A stretch of 64,000 nucleotides of DNA from Candidatus Dojkabacteria bacterium (GTDB taxonomy: Bacteria; Patescibacteriota; Dojkabacteria; B142; JAFGFJ01), in the NCBI GenBank assembly GCA_016931155.1, contig JAFGFJ010000006.1:77115-141114 (forward strand), written 5' to 3'. This document shows positions 1 through 10,826 of the stretch, one piece after another (within the stretch, counting starts at the first letter, position 1; every line of letters starts with the position of its first letter). Made by a program: the position numbers and the translations under genes. Under the pieces are notes generated by a model, which saw nothing but the letters and a program-made list of their open reading frames with translations, made no database searches and was not told the DNA's origin.

Positions 1-77
1 TCTCTTCTTTTGTCATAAGAGCCAGATAGTATTTTCCTTCTTTATTTAAACCAATTATAAATTTATACTTTTCCATT

Positions 78-2270
78 TTAAATTTTTTCTAAAACAGCAT
101 ACTCGATAGCAAGCTCTTTTGTCCCGATTGTTCCTGCGAAATCTATTTTGATTATTTCACTGTCAAGAGACAAGACGACTCCTTTTCCAAAAGTTGGATG
201 AAGGACTCTATCTCCCGGTTGAACCTCTATGGCTGGAAGTGGGGCATCTTCAGGAATCTCATTCCAGGAAAAGCCTGAATTCAGAACTTCTTCGTAAGAC
301 TCTCGTTCCACAATTTCAACAGGAATATCTTCCAGAAATCTTGATGCTAAATTATTCTGCCTTGAACCGAAATAAGTACGTGTTTCAGTATGTGTCAAGA
401 ACAACTGTCTCCTGGCACGTGTTATTCCAACATAAGCAAGTCTCCTCTCCTCTTCCATTTCTGTCGGATCCGCATAACTGCGGGAATGAGGAAACAAGCC
501 TTCTTCCATTCCGATTATAAAAACATAATCAAACTCAAGACCTTTTGCGGAGTGGATTGTCATAAGTGTAACTCTCTCCTTTTCAAGGTCTTTATCTATT
601 GACTCTTGTTCAATTAGAGAAATCTCGTCCATAAAAGCTGCTAGACCCTGTTCAGGAGAAAGTGACTGATATTTTGTTGCGACAGAAATTAATTCTTTAA
701 TATTTTCAATCCTTGCTTCGTTCTCGCTGCTACCATCGTCAAGCCACTCGAGATAACCTGTTTTATCTAACACAAATTTGATCAACTCGACCACATTAGT
801 TTTTTGAGATTCGATGAAGAATCCTACAAGCAATTTCCGGAAATTTGATAAAGCTGGGGGAAGATTGTTATCTTCCTTTTTAAATTCTTTTTCAAGGTCT
901 GTACTCTCTTCATAAGGATTGAAATCAAGGAGATGCTCAAAAAGTCCTTTCTGTTTTAAACGAGCTTCATTTTCCAGATCTTTCACAGCCTTTGGTCCAA
1001 CACCTCTTCTCGGGACGTTTACGATTCTTTTAAAGCTTAGATCGTCCTGTGGATTATAGATAATCCGCAGGTAGGCAATGATATCCTTTATTTCTTTTCT
1101 TTCATAAAACCTTACATTTCCGATTATTCTGTAAGGCTGTCCGACTTTTAGTAAAGCCTCTTCCATTACACGTGACTGTGCATTTGTCCTGTACAAAACT
1201 ACGATATTTTCAGCACTTATTTCCTGATTCAATAGTTCACGAATCTTGTCACTAACCCATTCAGATTCAGCTTTTTCATCAAGTCCTTTGTAAATGATTA
1301 TTTTTTCTCCCTCAATGTTTTCAGTCCAGAGTTTTTTCTCTTTTCTGTTTTTATTTTGCGAAATAACCCCATAAGAAGCTTCTAGGATTTTTTTCGTCGA
1401 GCGATAGTTTTGCTCAAGCTTAATTACCTTTGTATTTGGAAAATCCTTTTCAAAATTCAGTATATTTTTAATGGTTGCTCCACGAAACTTGTAAATTGAT
1501 TGATCGTCATCTCCCACAACTGCAATGTTTTGGTATTTCCTGGTAAGAAGAAGTATAAATTTGTATTGAGCATGGTTTGTATCTTGGTACTCATCGACCA
1601 GGACATATTTAAACAATTTCTGATATTTTTGGAGCACTTCGGGTTCTTTTTGTAAAAGCTGAACAGTTTTCATAATCAAGTCATCGAAATCAACTGCATT
1701 GTTTTCTTTTAGGGTTTTTTGATACTCGGGGTATATTTTTGCAACTGTTTCCTGAAAATATCCTTGTGCTACAGTAGAGTATTCTTCAAAGCCAATTAGC
1801 TCGTTTTTAGATGAGGATATGGATGCAAGAATAGCATTCGGAACAAACTCCTTTTTACTGATAAAAAGCCTGTCCATTGCCTCTTTTACTGTGTCGAGCT
1901 GATCTGCCTTATCATAAATTGAAAATTTTGGATCAAGCCCGATAAGATGACCGTCCATTTTTAAAATTTTAAGACAAATTGAATGAAAGGTTCCAATCCA
2001 ATAAAAAGAGAAAGATCCAGATTTTTCAGGTGATTCTGGAAGTTCCTTCAGAAGCTTGAATATTCTCTCCTTCATTTCCCCTGCAGCTTTGTTTGTGAAC
2101 GTAACAGCCAGAATTTGTGATGGGGATGCAAGACCCTTTTCTATAATATTTGCAATCCGGCATGTAAGCACTCGAGTTTTTCCTGATCCTGCACCTGCAA
2201 GAATAAGTAACGAGCCATCAAAATACCCGGTTGCCTCTCTTTGTTGTGGATTGAGATCTGACAGGTTCAT
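78..2270 (-). CDS. pcrA: ATP-dependent DNA helicase PcrA/UvrD
   Basis: SF1 motifs AGAGSGKT, VDEYQDTN, VGDDDQSIY, LEQNYRST, TIHSAKGLEF, EERRLAYVGITRA; C-terminal Tudor-like GDRVLHPTFGKG. Confidence 0.96.
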   Translation of the reverse strand: MNLSDLNPQQREATGYFDGSLLILAGAGSGKTRVLTCRIANIIEKGLASPSQILAVTFTNKAAGEMKERIFKLLKELPESPEKSGSFSFYWIGTFHSICLKILKMDGHLIGLDPKFSIYDKADQLDTVKEAMDRLFISKKEFVPNAILASISSSKNELIGFEEYSTVAQGYFQETVAKIYPEYQKTLKENNAVDFDDLIMKTVQLLQKEPEVLQKYQKLFKYVLVDEYQDTNHAQYKFILLLTRKYQNIAVVGDDDQSIYKFRGATIKNILNFEKDFPNTKVIKLEQNYRSTKKILEASYGVISQNKNRKEKKLWTENIEGEKIIIYKGLDEKAESEWVSDKIRELLNQEISAENIVVLYRTNAQSRVMEEALLKVGQPYRIIGNVRFYERKEIKDIIAYLRIIYNPQDDLSFKRIVNVPRRGVGPKAVKDLENEARLKQKGLFEHLLDFNPYEESTDLEKEFKKEDNNLPPALSNFRKLLVGFFIESQKTNVVELIKFVLDKTGYLEWLDDGSSENEARIENIKELISVATKYQSLSPEQGLAAFMDEISLIEQESIDKDLEKERVTLMTIHSAKGLEFDYVFIIGMEEGLFPHSRSYADPTEMEEERRLAYVGITRARRQLFLTHTETRTYFGSRQNNLASRFLEDIPVEIVERESYEEVLNSGFSWNEIPEDAPLPAIEVQPGDRVLHPTFGKGVVLSLDSEIIKIDFAGTIGTKELAIEYAVLEKI

Positions 2271-2393
2271 AAAGAAATGATTCGGTAGAGTTTACTATAA
2301 AAAGCTGGCTCATCCTAGTTGATGAGTCATTTATTCGATAATTGGTTAATGTAAACTATTCACTTGCGTTGAAATTTTGCTAAACTTGTAACT

Positions 2394-4175
2394 ATGAAAA
2401 TCTTGAAAAAAATTGCGAGAATTTTTTCTTCAGTCTGTTTTATTTTTGTTCTTCTTCCGATCCAGGAGGCAGATGCTTCAGGGGTTTTTAATATCACAGT
2501 AGATAGGACTTACGAAGTCGACACCTCAGGTCATATGCAGGTCACGGAGACAAGAACAATAAAAAATAATACTCCAAATTTTTATATTCAGGCTGGAAGC
2601 TTTGAAACATTTCAAATACTTTCATTCAGAATAGGAGCGGCTGAAGGACCTGCTCTCCTTTCTAAATCAGTTTCAACTGCAAAAATAACTGATGGAAGTG
2701 GAAGATCTCTTTTATTCAGTCATGTTTCAGGAAAAGATAAGGTTGATCTTAAAGTTGAATACCCGATAAATCTAAGCTCGGGACAAACAATGGTCTTTAA
2801 GCTTCAATATACAAACTACGAACTTTCAGAAAAAATTGGAGCTCTTTACGATGTGTACATACATGGTTTTGACGAGTCATTTAAGTTTATCACTGAAGAC
2901 TCAGTTTTGAAGTACAATACAACTCTTATTGTTCCTGATTCTTTCGGTGAGGAAAATTTCGTATCTCCTGCTCCAATCTCAAAGGAAAACAAAAATGGAA
3001 AGATATTATACAAATTCTCGCAGGAATCGCTTGTTGATCAATTCGTATGGCTTCAGCTCGGGAAAAAACAATTTTACAGGTTTAAAATTGTGCAGGAGGT
3101 AAAAGCCACTGACCAGAGGGATACGGGCTTTTATAATGAATACAGGTTGGTTCTTCCGAGAGATATCGATGAAGCAGAGATTGAACAAAAGGTTTATTAT
3201 TCCTCCATCAACCCTTCACCAAATTATATTGAAACTGATAAGGAAGGAAATCTGGTCGGTACTTTTGAATTCCCGACAAATTTTGCTGGAGTAATTTCGC
3301 TTGATGGATATGCTGAGGTGAGTGTAGCAGGAAGTATTAGTGAAAGTGAAGCTGGGAATATTAGTGATATTTCTGGAGACCTATCTGATTATCTCAAGCC
3401 TGGAAAATACTGGGAAGTGGATGACAGTGAAATTCGAGCAAAAGCGATAGAGCTTAAGGGGTCTGAAGAAAATGTTTATAGAATTGTTGAGAAAACTTAC
3501 AGCTATATTGTAAATACAATTGACTATAGCGATGTAAAAAGATTCGGGCTAAACAAGAGACAGGGAGCAAAGAAGACGCTCGAAGGGGGAGCTGCAGTCT
3601 GCATGGAATACTCGGATTTATTTTTAACTCTTACTCGTGCTCAGGGGATTCCTGCAAGAGCTGCGTTTGGTTATGGTTATGATTCTCGTGTTCCAAGTAC
3701 CGAACAGGAATCACATCAGTGGGTGGAGGTATATATGCCGGGGGTAAATAAATGGGTGAGTGTAGAGGTAACATGGGGTGAGAGTGGGACGACACTTATT
3801 GGTGGGGATATGAACCATTTCTACACGCATTTGGCTGGCGAACATCCCGAAAAACCAAATCCGGTAGAGCTTACCAGCTTTGGTAGTGTGAAGGATTTGA
3901 CTTCTCCAGAGTTTGAAATAAGCGTTATGGAAAGTCGACCGGAAGGTGATTATCAGGAAGTGGAAGATCTTTTAAGGGAGTATCCTCATAAAAAGACATG
4001 GGTCAATCTTCAAGACCTGACAAAGAGAGTTGCAACTTTTGGAGGGAAAATTATTAATGAAATAGGAGTAGGAAATTCATTTCTGATCCTTGGCTCTTGC
4101 ATGACCTTAATAATTATCGCATGTATTGTAAATGCAATATCAAAATATATGCGCGCAAAAAAAAGAGAGATATAA
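2394..4175 (+). CDS. Secreted/membrane-anchored transglutaminase-like cysteine protease domain protein
   Basis: Signal peptide; AVCMEYSDLFLTLTRAQGIPAR and HQWVEVY transglutaminase-core motifs; C-terminal TM helix and basic tail. Confidence 0.85.
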   Translation: MKILKKIARIFSSVCFIFVLLPIQEADASGVFNITVDRTYEVDTSGHMQVTETRTIKNNTPNFYIQAGSFETFQILSFRIGAAEGPALLSKSVSTAKITDGSGRSLLFSHVSGKDKVDLKVEYPINLSSGQTMVFKLQYTNYELSEKIGALYDVYIHGFDESFKFITEDSVLKYNTTLIVPDSFGEENFVSPAPISKENKNGKILYKFSQESLVDQFVWLQLGKKQFYRFKIVQEVKATDQRDTGFYNEYRLVLPRDIDEAEIEQKVYYSSINPSPNYIETDKEGNLVGTFEFPTNFAGVISLDGYAEVSVAGSISESEAGNISDISGDLSDYLKPGKYWEVDDSEIRAKAIELKGSEENVYRIVEKTYSYIVNTIDYSDVKRFGLNKRQGAKKTLEGGAAVCMEYSDLFLTLTRAQGIPARAAFGYGYDSRVPSTEQESHQWVEVYMPGVNKWVSVEVTWGESGTTLIGGDMNHFYTHLAGEHPEKPNPVELTSFGSVKDLTSPEFEISVMESRPEGDYQEVEDLLREYPHKKTWVNLQDLTKRVATFGGKIINEIGVGNSFLILGSCMTLIIIACIVNAISKYMRAKKREI

Positions 4176-4205
4176 ACCCGTAAAAGCTATACTGACATAT
4201 TTCAC

Positions 4206-5942
4206 TTACATCTTTTCTACTGTTTTAATTCCGAGAAGATAAAGCCCATTTTTTATTACCTGGGCTGTGGCTGACACGAGTGCAAGTCTTGCGTCTCTGT
4301 CTTTCTTATCAGCTTTGAGAACCTTGTGCTTTTTGTAAAAGATGTTGAACTTTTGTGCGAGATTGAAAAGGTACTCCGCAATAATGTGAGGGGAATATTT
4401 TGATGTTGCGCTTTCTACTTCTTCAGGAAATTTTGAGATCTGTTTGAGAAGAGTAAGCTCTTCCTGTGAATTTAAAACTTCTCTTAAGAATAAACTATAT
4501 CCCGATATATCTGTCGCCTTGCCTCCAGCTTCCCTTAAAATACTTTTTGCTCTTGCGTAAGTGTATTGGATGTAAGGACCGGAATCACCTTCAAAACTAA
4601 GACTGGATTCTAGATCAAATGCCAGGTATTTAAATGGACTAATTCTTAAGAACGAATATTTAATTGCTCCAACAGCAATAATCTCGATGTCTTTATTGGA
4701 GATTATTGGATTTTTCCTGGCTTTTACTATTTTCTCTATTCGTTTCTGAGCACTATTCAGTATGTCATTACCCAGCACTACTTCTCCTTTTCTTGATGAC
4801 ATTTTTCCAGACTTAAGACCGACAAATTCGTATGCATTGTGGTATTGTTTGTCCTTAAAAAGCTCTGGATTCAGCAACTCTTCTACCTTAAATGTAACTT
4901 TGAAAAAACTGATTTGTTCAACTGCTACGTTATGAATACAAAGATCAATCTTTCCAAAGTCAGTAAATTCTTTGTAAGCAAGCCCAAGCTCTTTCCCTTC
5001 GTATGTCGGCAGTCCCTCGCTGTTTAAAAAAACTCTGGTATCCAATCCATACTTCTCTCCTTCAAAGACCACTGCACCCTCGCTTTTCTTGAGGATACCT
5101 TTTTTAAGAGCCTCATCAATGTGTTTCAAACACGATTTCATTACTTCACTTTCCATGTATTGCCTTTCAAAGGTTGTGTCTACCCGGTCGTATATTTCCT
5201 GGAACTTGTCCAGGCTCCACTTTTTCCCCAACTCCCACAACTTGTTTATCTCTTTATCCTCGCCAGAATATATTTTTTTATTAACCTCTTTTATTTCATT
5301 TTCTATTTTTTTATTTTCTTCAAACTTCCTTGCTCCCTCCGAATAACATTTGCCTAGAAGCGCAACTTTTTCATCGTTCGTTTTTGGGTAATCTTTGGAG
5401 TCAACTTTTCTGAAAGCCCAAAGACACTTTGCGATATGCATGCCAACATCTCCCTGATAATTTGTTCTTATAACTTCAGCACTCTCTGCTTCCAGTAGTC
5501 TTACGATCGATTCTCCGAGAATAATATTTCGGAGATGCCCAATATGAAAAGCTTTAAAAGGGTTTGGTTGGGCGAACTCGACCATTATCTTCTTGCCTTT
5601 CAGGTTTGAGTTTTCTCCGTATTTATCTCCCTTTGTAAAAACGACTGAAAGCACATTCTTGTAAACATCCGGTGCAATTTTAAAATTAATGAATCCTGGA
5701 TCTGCTACTTGCGAACTACTGATGAGATCATTTTTTCCAATCCCCCCTATAATCTCTTTAGCTATTTTTTTTGGATCCTTTTTCAGTTTTCTGGATAGTA
5801 CAAGAGCAACGTTTGTTGCAATGTCGCCCATGGTTTCGTCCTGGGTGTGCTCGAGATGAATATCAGAAGGCTCAATCTTATGCCCGAGAGATTTTTTTAA
5901 GGAATCTGAGATTGTTTTTTGTAAATTCTCTTTTATCTCCAT
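4206..5942 (-). CDS. argS: Arginine--tRNA ligase
   Basis: HIGH motif (FHIGHLRN), KMSSRKG, GDSGPYIQYTYAR, DALR anticodon-binding domain. Confidence 0.96.
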   Translation of the reverse strand: MEIKENLQKTISDSLKKSLGHKIEPSDIHLEHTQDETMGDIATNVALVLSRKLKKDPKKIAKEIIGGIGKNDLISSSQVADPGFINFKIAPDVYKNVLSVVFTKGDKYGENSNLKGKKIMVEFAQPNPFKAFHIGHLRNIILGESIVRLLEAESAEVIRTNYQGDVGMHIAKCLWAFRKVDSKDYPKTNDEKVALLGKCYSEGARKFEENKKIENEIKEVNKKIYSGEDKEINKLWELGKKWSLDKFQEIYDRVDTTFERQYMESEVMKSCLKHIDEALKKGILKKSEGAVVFEGEKYGLDTRVFLNSEGLPTYEGKELGLAYKEFTDFGKIDLCIHNVAVEQISFFKVTFKVEELLNPELFKDKQYHNAYEFVGLKSGKMSSRKGEVVLGNDILNSAQKRIEKIVKARKNPIISNKDIEIIAVGAIKYSFLRISPFKYLAFDLESSLSFEGDSGPYIQYTYARAKSILREAGGKATDISGYSLFLREVLNSQEELTLLKQISKFPEEVESATSKYSPHIIAEYLFNLAQKFNIFYKKHKVLKADKKDRDARLALVSATAQVIKNGLYLLGIKTVEKM

Positions 5943-6143
5943 TACAAGGGATTTTAACAGTAAGGAGCAAATATATTAAGTGGTTGACATGTAGTGTAGA
6001 TATTTGTCCACGCTTTCGGTAACATTTTCATTTATCTAACACACATATACAACATATATTGTGCTGCACAAAGAGTCCTGATATAATCGCTGTATCAGTT
6101 GACTATCAATTGAGAGGTTATTTTAATTTTTATTATTTTACTA

Positions 6144-6641
6144 ATGCCGGAAGAACCATATACACATCCAGAGGGAGAATTAAACAAGTATACTGCCTTT
6201 GAAGTTGAAACTTTTGAATACGAAGGTTATCCACTTGATTCAGTTATAGTCGTTAGTTTCGGGAACATTCGCCGAGATAAGAATCCCAACATAGCAGAAC
6301 AATTAAAACAGTTACATCGAGAAATTATAGAGGATCGGGAATATAGAAACAGGTTTACTCATTTAATATTTGATCTTTCAGGTCTAAGATTTCGTCATAT
6401 ACAAGGTGAAGTTGATATGTACGCTGCATTTGATCCAATAGATACTATAGCGAAAAGTCTTCTAGGTGGCAAAGTTTTCTTTACTGAACCGGAGAGCACT
6501 ATAGCTAAAATTGGAGTTAATATGTTTTGTAGTGGGTCTGTTTTTAACCGCCCATGGCTAAGAATTGAAAAAGCAAAAAGTGTCGAGGAGGCTCTGGGTG
6601 AGATTGAGAAACGCATACAATATGCTTGGGGAGAAAAATAG
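6144..6641 (+). CDS. Hypothetical protein, possible STAS/SpoIIAA-like fold
   Basis: LIFDLSGLRF and C-terminal KSVEEAL resemble STAS hallmarks; no DSSG phosphosite. Confidence 0.5.
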   Translation: MPEEPYTHPEGELNKYTAFEVETFEYEGYPLDSVIVVSFGNIRRDKNPNIAEQLKQLHREIIEDREYRNRFTHLIFDLSGLRFRHIQGEVDMYAAFDPIDTIAKSLLGGKVFFTEPESTIAKIGVNMFCSGSVFNRPWLRIEKAKSVEEALGEIEKRIQYAWGEK

Positions 6642-6662
6642 CAGGTATGATATAAACTAATC

Positions 6663-6689
6663 GACCCTACGGGCGTAGCCCGTAGGGTC
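6663..6689. repeat. Perfect GC-rich palindrome (12-bp stem, GTA loop); terminator-like or REP-like hairpin
   Basis: gaccctacgggc-gta-gcccgtagggtc, 21 bp after the stop of 6144..6641. Confidence 0.6.
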
Positions 6690-6772
6690 TTGTTTGTGAG
6701 GAGTTCAAAAGGTGAAGTGTTACTCTAATTGGGTGCGGTGTTTGGTATATGTTATTAGTGCTACAATTCAGT

Positions 6773-8539
6773 ATGGCAGAGCGCAGTCAAATTGATGAAA
6801 TAAAAGAGAAGCTGAATATTGTTGATGTAATTCAGGCATATATTCCAAACCTGAAAAAATCAGGTAGTAACTTCTTCACTCTTTGTCCCTTTCACAACGA
6901 GAAGACTCCTTCATTTTCTATTAATCCTGATCTTGGTATTTATAAATGCTTTGGTTGTGGAGAAGCGGGCGACGTTATTACTTTTATTGAAAAAATTGAA
7001 GGAGTGGATTTTCCGGAGGCGGTCGAAATTGCTGCTGAGAAAGCGGGAATAAGAATAAAAAAAGTTTTTAGCAAAGCAGATAAAGAAAAACAAGGAATTA
7101 GAAAAAGAATAATTGAAGCAAACGAACTTTCTGTAAGATTCTTTGGTCATGCTCTTCTCAAACATAGAGCAGGAAAAAAAGCACGAGAATACGTAAAGGC
7201 AAGAAAGATTGAAACAAGAGAGATAGAAAACTTTCGCATTGGGTATGCTCCGGAATCATTCAACTCTCTTATGGATTTTCTTTTAAAGAAAAAATTCAGT
7301 GAAAAAGAACTGGTTTCATTTGGATTACTTGTAAGTAAAAATGGGAGAATTTATGACAAATTCCGTGGAAGACTTATGTTTCCGATATTTAACACAAAGG
7401 GTGAAGTAGCAGGCTTTAGTGGAAGGATTATTGACAAAGATGCCCTGGGCCCAAAATATTTGAATTCTCCTGAAACAATCATGTTTAACAAGTCTTCTCT
7501 TGTCTATGGTCTTTTTCAATCGAGAGAGGCGATCAGGAAAGAAAATTTTGTAATAATATCAGAAGGACAGATTGATGTTCTTTCTTCTCACAAAGAAGGT
7601 GTGGGAAACATTGTTGCTCCTCTTGGAACTTCACTCACAGAAATTCAACTTAAGGCTCTGAAGAGATATTGTGACTCAATTTATTTTTCATTCGACACAG
7701 ATCTCGCAGGAGAAAAGGCTTTACTGAGAAGTGTTGAAGTTGCTCAAAAAACAGGTTTTGAAGTCAAGGCAATAAACCTTGGAAAGTTTACCGACGCTGA
7801 TGAGCTTATCCGGCAATACCCCGGGCAGTGGCCGATAGTTGTTCAAAAGGCAGAACCAGTGATTGAACATATGGTGCGAAGACTAAGTAAAAGAATTAAT
7901 CTGGGTGAAGCAAAAGGAAAGGCAGAATTTGCGAAGATTATTCTTCCAATGATTGATAGTCTTACAGACAGGATTCAGCAGTCTCATTACATCAAAAAAA
8001 TATCGGTTATAATTGATACTGATGAAGAAGTCCTCAGAGAAGAGCTTGACAGGTTTAGGGTCAAAACTGAAAAAAAGGAAAGGGAGGAAGAGCAGGAAGG
8101 AGCGATTTTTTTAAAGAGATCAGAATCGCTTTCAAGAGAAGAATACCTGGCAGCACTTGTTCTTCAGAATGCAGATTATTTTAAAGAGCTCAATAATAAC
8201 CTTACAGACATTAATGAGATAATAAAAAACACAAATATAGTCAACATTCTGACACTTTTTAGAGAGGCAAAAAACCTAAAAATACTTTCTAACAAACTCG
8301 GGAAGAATGAAAAGAGCTTATTTGAAAAGTTGATTCTGATGCCCATTTCTATATTTAATGATGAGGATGAGATAAAAAATGAATTTGCTGGCATTGTAAA
8401 AAACTTGAGAATGATTCATATCAGGGAGGAAATAAATGCGATCAAGAAAAAAATCAATGAAATTGATGCAAAGGGAGAAGATACGGAAAATCTCGTTAGA
8501 GAGCTTGATGCTCTAAGCAAGAAGTTAAAATCGTGCTAA
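6773..8539 (+). CDS. dnaG: DNA primase
   Basis: CHC2 zinc finger CPFHNEKTPSF...CFGC, KYLNSPET, TOPRIM SEGQID...FDTDLAG; start moved to ATG 6773, which follows an extended -10. Confidence 0.96.
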   Translation: MAERSQIDEIKEKLNIVDVIQAYIPNLKKSGSNFFTLCPFHNEKTPSFSINPDLGIYKCFGCGEAGDVITFIEKIEGVDFPEAVEIAAEKAGIRIKKVFSKADKEKQGIRKRIIEANELSVRFFGHALLKHRAGKKAREYVKARKIETREIENFRIGYAPESFNSLMDFLLKKKFSEKELVSFGLLVSKNGRIYDKFRGRLMFPIFNTKGEVAGFSGRIIDKDALGPKYLNSPETIMFNKSSLVYGLFQSREAIRKENFVIISEGQIDVLSSHKEGVGNIVAPLGTSLTEIQLKALKRYCDSIYFSFDTDLAGEKALLRSVEVAQKTGFEVKAINLGKFTDADELIRQYPGQWPIVVQKAEPVIEHMVRRLSKRINLGEAKGKAEFAKIILPMIDSLTDRIQQSHYIKKISVIIDTDEEVLREELDRFRVKTEKKEREEEQEGAIFLKRSESLSREEYLAALVLQNADYFKELNNNLTDINEIIKNTNIVNILTLFREAKNLKILSNKLGKNEKSLFEKLILMPISIFNDEDEIKNEFAGIVKNLRMIHIREEINAIKKKINEIDAKGEDTENLVRELDALSKKLKSC

Positions 8540-8550
8540 TATAGTTTGCC

Positions 8551-10806
8551 ATGGCAAGACGAGGGAGAAAACGTACAAAAACTATTACTTATCAGAGCGA
8601 GGAAACGAAGTCTCTTGCAGGTCTTTTATGCTTGATTTTGGCGTCACTATTTTTCTTGAGCTATTTTGTTGAGGCTCCTGCATTTGAATTGATCGGAAAA
8701 CTTTTTGGGCAGATAACTTTTCTGGCAGGAATATTTCTAATAAATCTGGGGCTGTATTTTCTCTGTGTAGACTGGGCGATGGCAAAAAAATCTTCTCTCT
8801 TTGGACAGATTATTCTTCTCTTTTCTCTGGCCATACTTCTACATACGACTTTTACTTCAAAAAGAGATGCTCTTGATCTTGCGGAGAAGGGAGGTTTGGG
8901 AGGACTTGTTGGTTATACACTTGCATGGAAATTTTTTATTGAGTATTTTACCCGGTCAGTAACGATAGTACTTATGGCAGTAATAGTATTGATTTCTACT
9001 CTTTTTACTCTGACTATTTCAATAAAAAGATTTATTGATCATATCGGAAAGGGATTTAAATGGATGAGTGGAGGGCTTTACTTGAAAAAAGAGAATACAA
9101 AGGGAATCAAGCCGGATGCTACAGGTAACGTTATTCAGCCTTCTGAGCCAGCGAAAATGTTTGGCGATTTTGGAGCAGGTAAAATGTTGTCAGCGGAGGA
9201 GAATAAGAGTGAGAATATGAAACTTGAGAATAACCCTGATTTTGTCAGGGGGGAAATAAGTCATGAGCACAAAAAGGAGGATGGAATGACTCAGCCAAAA
9301 GTTGAAATAAAGGAAGACAAAAAAGAAGGGGCTTTTGTGAACGAGGAACTTCAGTATCCTGAGTGGAAGCTGCCACCTATTGCTTTGTTGAATCCTCCTG
9401 TTAATAAAAAAATTTCACAGGACAACATTAAGCAGAATGCAGATATCATAGAGCAGACGCTTCAAAGCTTCGGCGTAAAAGCCCAGGTAGTTGATGTTTT
9501 GATAGGTCCAACAGTTACTCAATATGCCTTAAATATTGCACTTGGCACAAAGGTATCAAAAATAGCAAATCTAAAAAACGACCTGGCTCTTGCTCTTGCG
9601 ACAAGCTCAAATGCAATAAGAATAGAAGCTCCAATTACTGGTACTTCTTATGTCGGGATTGAAGTTCCAAATTCAGAAAGAGAAACTATTGTGGTAAAAC
9701 AACTCGTTGAATCTCCTGATTTCCAGGACGGAAAAAATAATCTTGGTGTTGTGATCGGGAAAAATGTAAGTGGGAAAAATATAACGACGGATCTTCAGAA
9801 AATGCCGCACTTGCTCATTGCCGGGGCTACTGGATCCGGAAAATCCGTACTTACAAACACGTTTATAATAAGTCTTTTGATGACCAAAACTCCTGATGAA
9901 GTCAGATTTATAATGGTCGACCCTAAACAGGTGGAGCTTTCTGATTACAATGGTATCCCCCACCTTTTGACTCCGGTAATTACGGAAATGGAAAAAGTAA
10001 AACACTCACTTATCTGGGCAATTGCAGAAATGGAAAAACGCTACACTATTTTTTCCGAGGCCAAAGTTAGAAATATTGAGGGATACAATCAGATGATGGG
10101 ATTTGCGGCTCTTCCCTACATTATTATTGTAATAGATGAAATGGCAGATATGATGTTAACAGGTGGAGCTGAGGTGGAAACTGCAATTGTAAGACTCGCA
10201 CAAAAAGCCAGGGCTACAGGAATACATTTGCTTCTTGCTACACAAAGACCATCTGTTGATGTTCTTACCGGTCTTATTAAAGCAAACATACCAGGAAGAA
10301 TCGGAATGAGTGTGGCGACCCAGATTGACTCAAGAGTAATTCTAGATCAGATTGGAGCTGAATCGCTTCTTGGGCGTGGAGACTTGCTGTTCAAGGAACC
10401 GGATAAGAACAAACCTTACAGGGTGCAGGCTGTATGGCTGTCCCAGGAAGAAGTGCATAGGGTTGTTAAATTCATCAAGGATCAGGTTCCTGAAGTACAC
10501 TACACAAGTGAGGTTGTGCAGAAAGCAAAAGATCCGAATGCTCCTGAAAGTGCTGATCTTGCAATGACAATCTCCGATGACGAGTTGTTTATCGAAGCAG
10601 CAAAGATTGTTATTTCCTCTCAAAAGGGGTCTGCCTCGCTAATTCAGAGGAAATTAAGTGTTGGCTATAACAGGGCGGCAAGGCTGTTGGATGAGCTTGA
10701 AGAAAAGGGGATTGTTGGGGCTCAAAGAGGGAGTAAACCTAGAGAGGTTTTGGTAAAGGATCTGGATAGTTTTGTGAGGCAGTTCGAAAGTAAACCGGCA
10801 AGTTGA
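8551..10806 (+). CDS. ftsK: DNA translocase FtsK/SpoIIIE
   Basis: N-terminal TM helices, PHLLIAGATGSGKS, IDEMADMM, ATQRPSVDV, gamma domain SLIQRKLSVGYNRAARLLD. Confidence 0.96.
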   Translation: MARRGRKRTKTITYQSEETKSLAGLLCLILASLFFLSYFVEAPAFELIGKLFGQITFLAGIFLINLGLYFLCVDWAMAKKSSLFGQIILLFSLAILLHTTFTSKRDALDLAEKGGLGGLVGYTLAWKFFIEYFTRSVTIVLMAVIVLISTLFTLTISIKRFIDHIGKGFKWMSGGLYLKKENTKGIKPDATGNVIQPSEPAKMFGDFGAGKMLSAEENKSENMKLENNPDFVRGEISHEHKKEDGMTQPKVEIKEDKKEGAFVNEELQYPEWKLPPIALLNPPVNKKISQDNIKQNADIIEQTLQSFGVKAQVVDVLIGPTVTQYALNIALGTKVSKIANLKNDLALALATSSNAIRIEAPITGTSYVGIEVPNSERETIVVKQLVESPDFQDGKNNLGVVIGKNVSGKNITTDLQKMPHLLIAGATGSGKSVLTNTFIISLLMTKTPDEVRFIMVDPKQVELSDYNGIPHLLTPVITEMEKVKHSLIWAIAEMEKRYTIFSEAKVRNIEGYNQMMGFAALPYIIIVIDEMADMMLTGGAEVETAIVRLAQKARATGIHLLLATQRPSVDVLTGLIKANIPGRIGMSVATQIDSRVILDQIGAESLLGRGDLLFKEPDKNKPYRVQAVWLSQEEVHRVVKFIKDQVPEVHYTSEVVQKAKDPNAPESADLAMTISDDELFIEAAKIVISSQKGSASLIQRKLSVGYNRAARLLDELEEKGIVGAQRGSKPREVLVKDLDSFVRQFESKPAS

Positions 10807-10826
10807 TCTGCATTCAAGTTTTCTCT

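Noticed and set aside
5943-6143. T-box for argS
   Set aside because: No UGGNACC or terminator; an extended -10 lies 8 nt from the ATG
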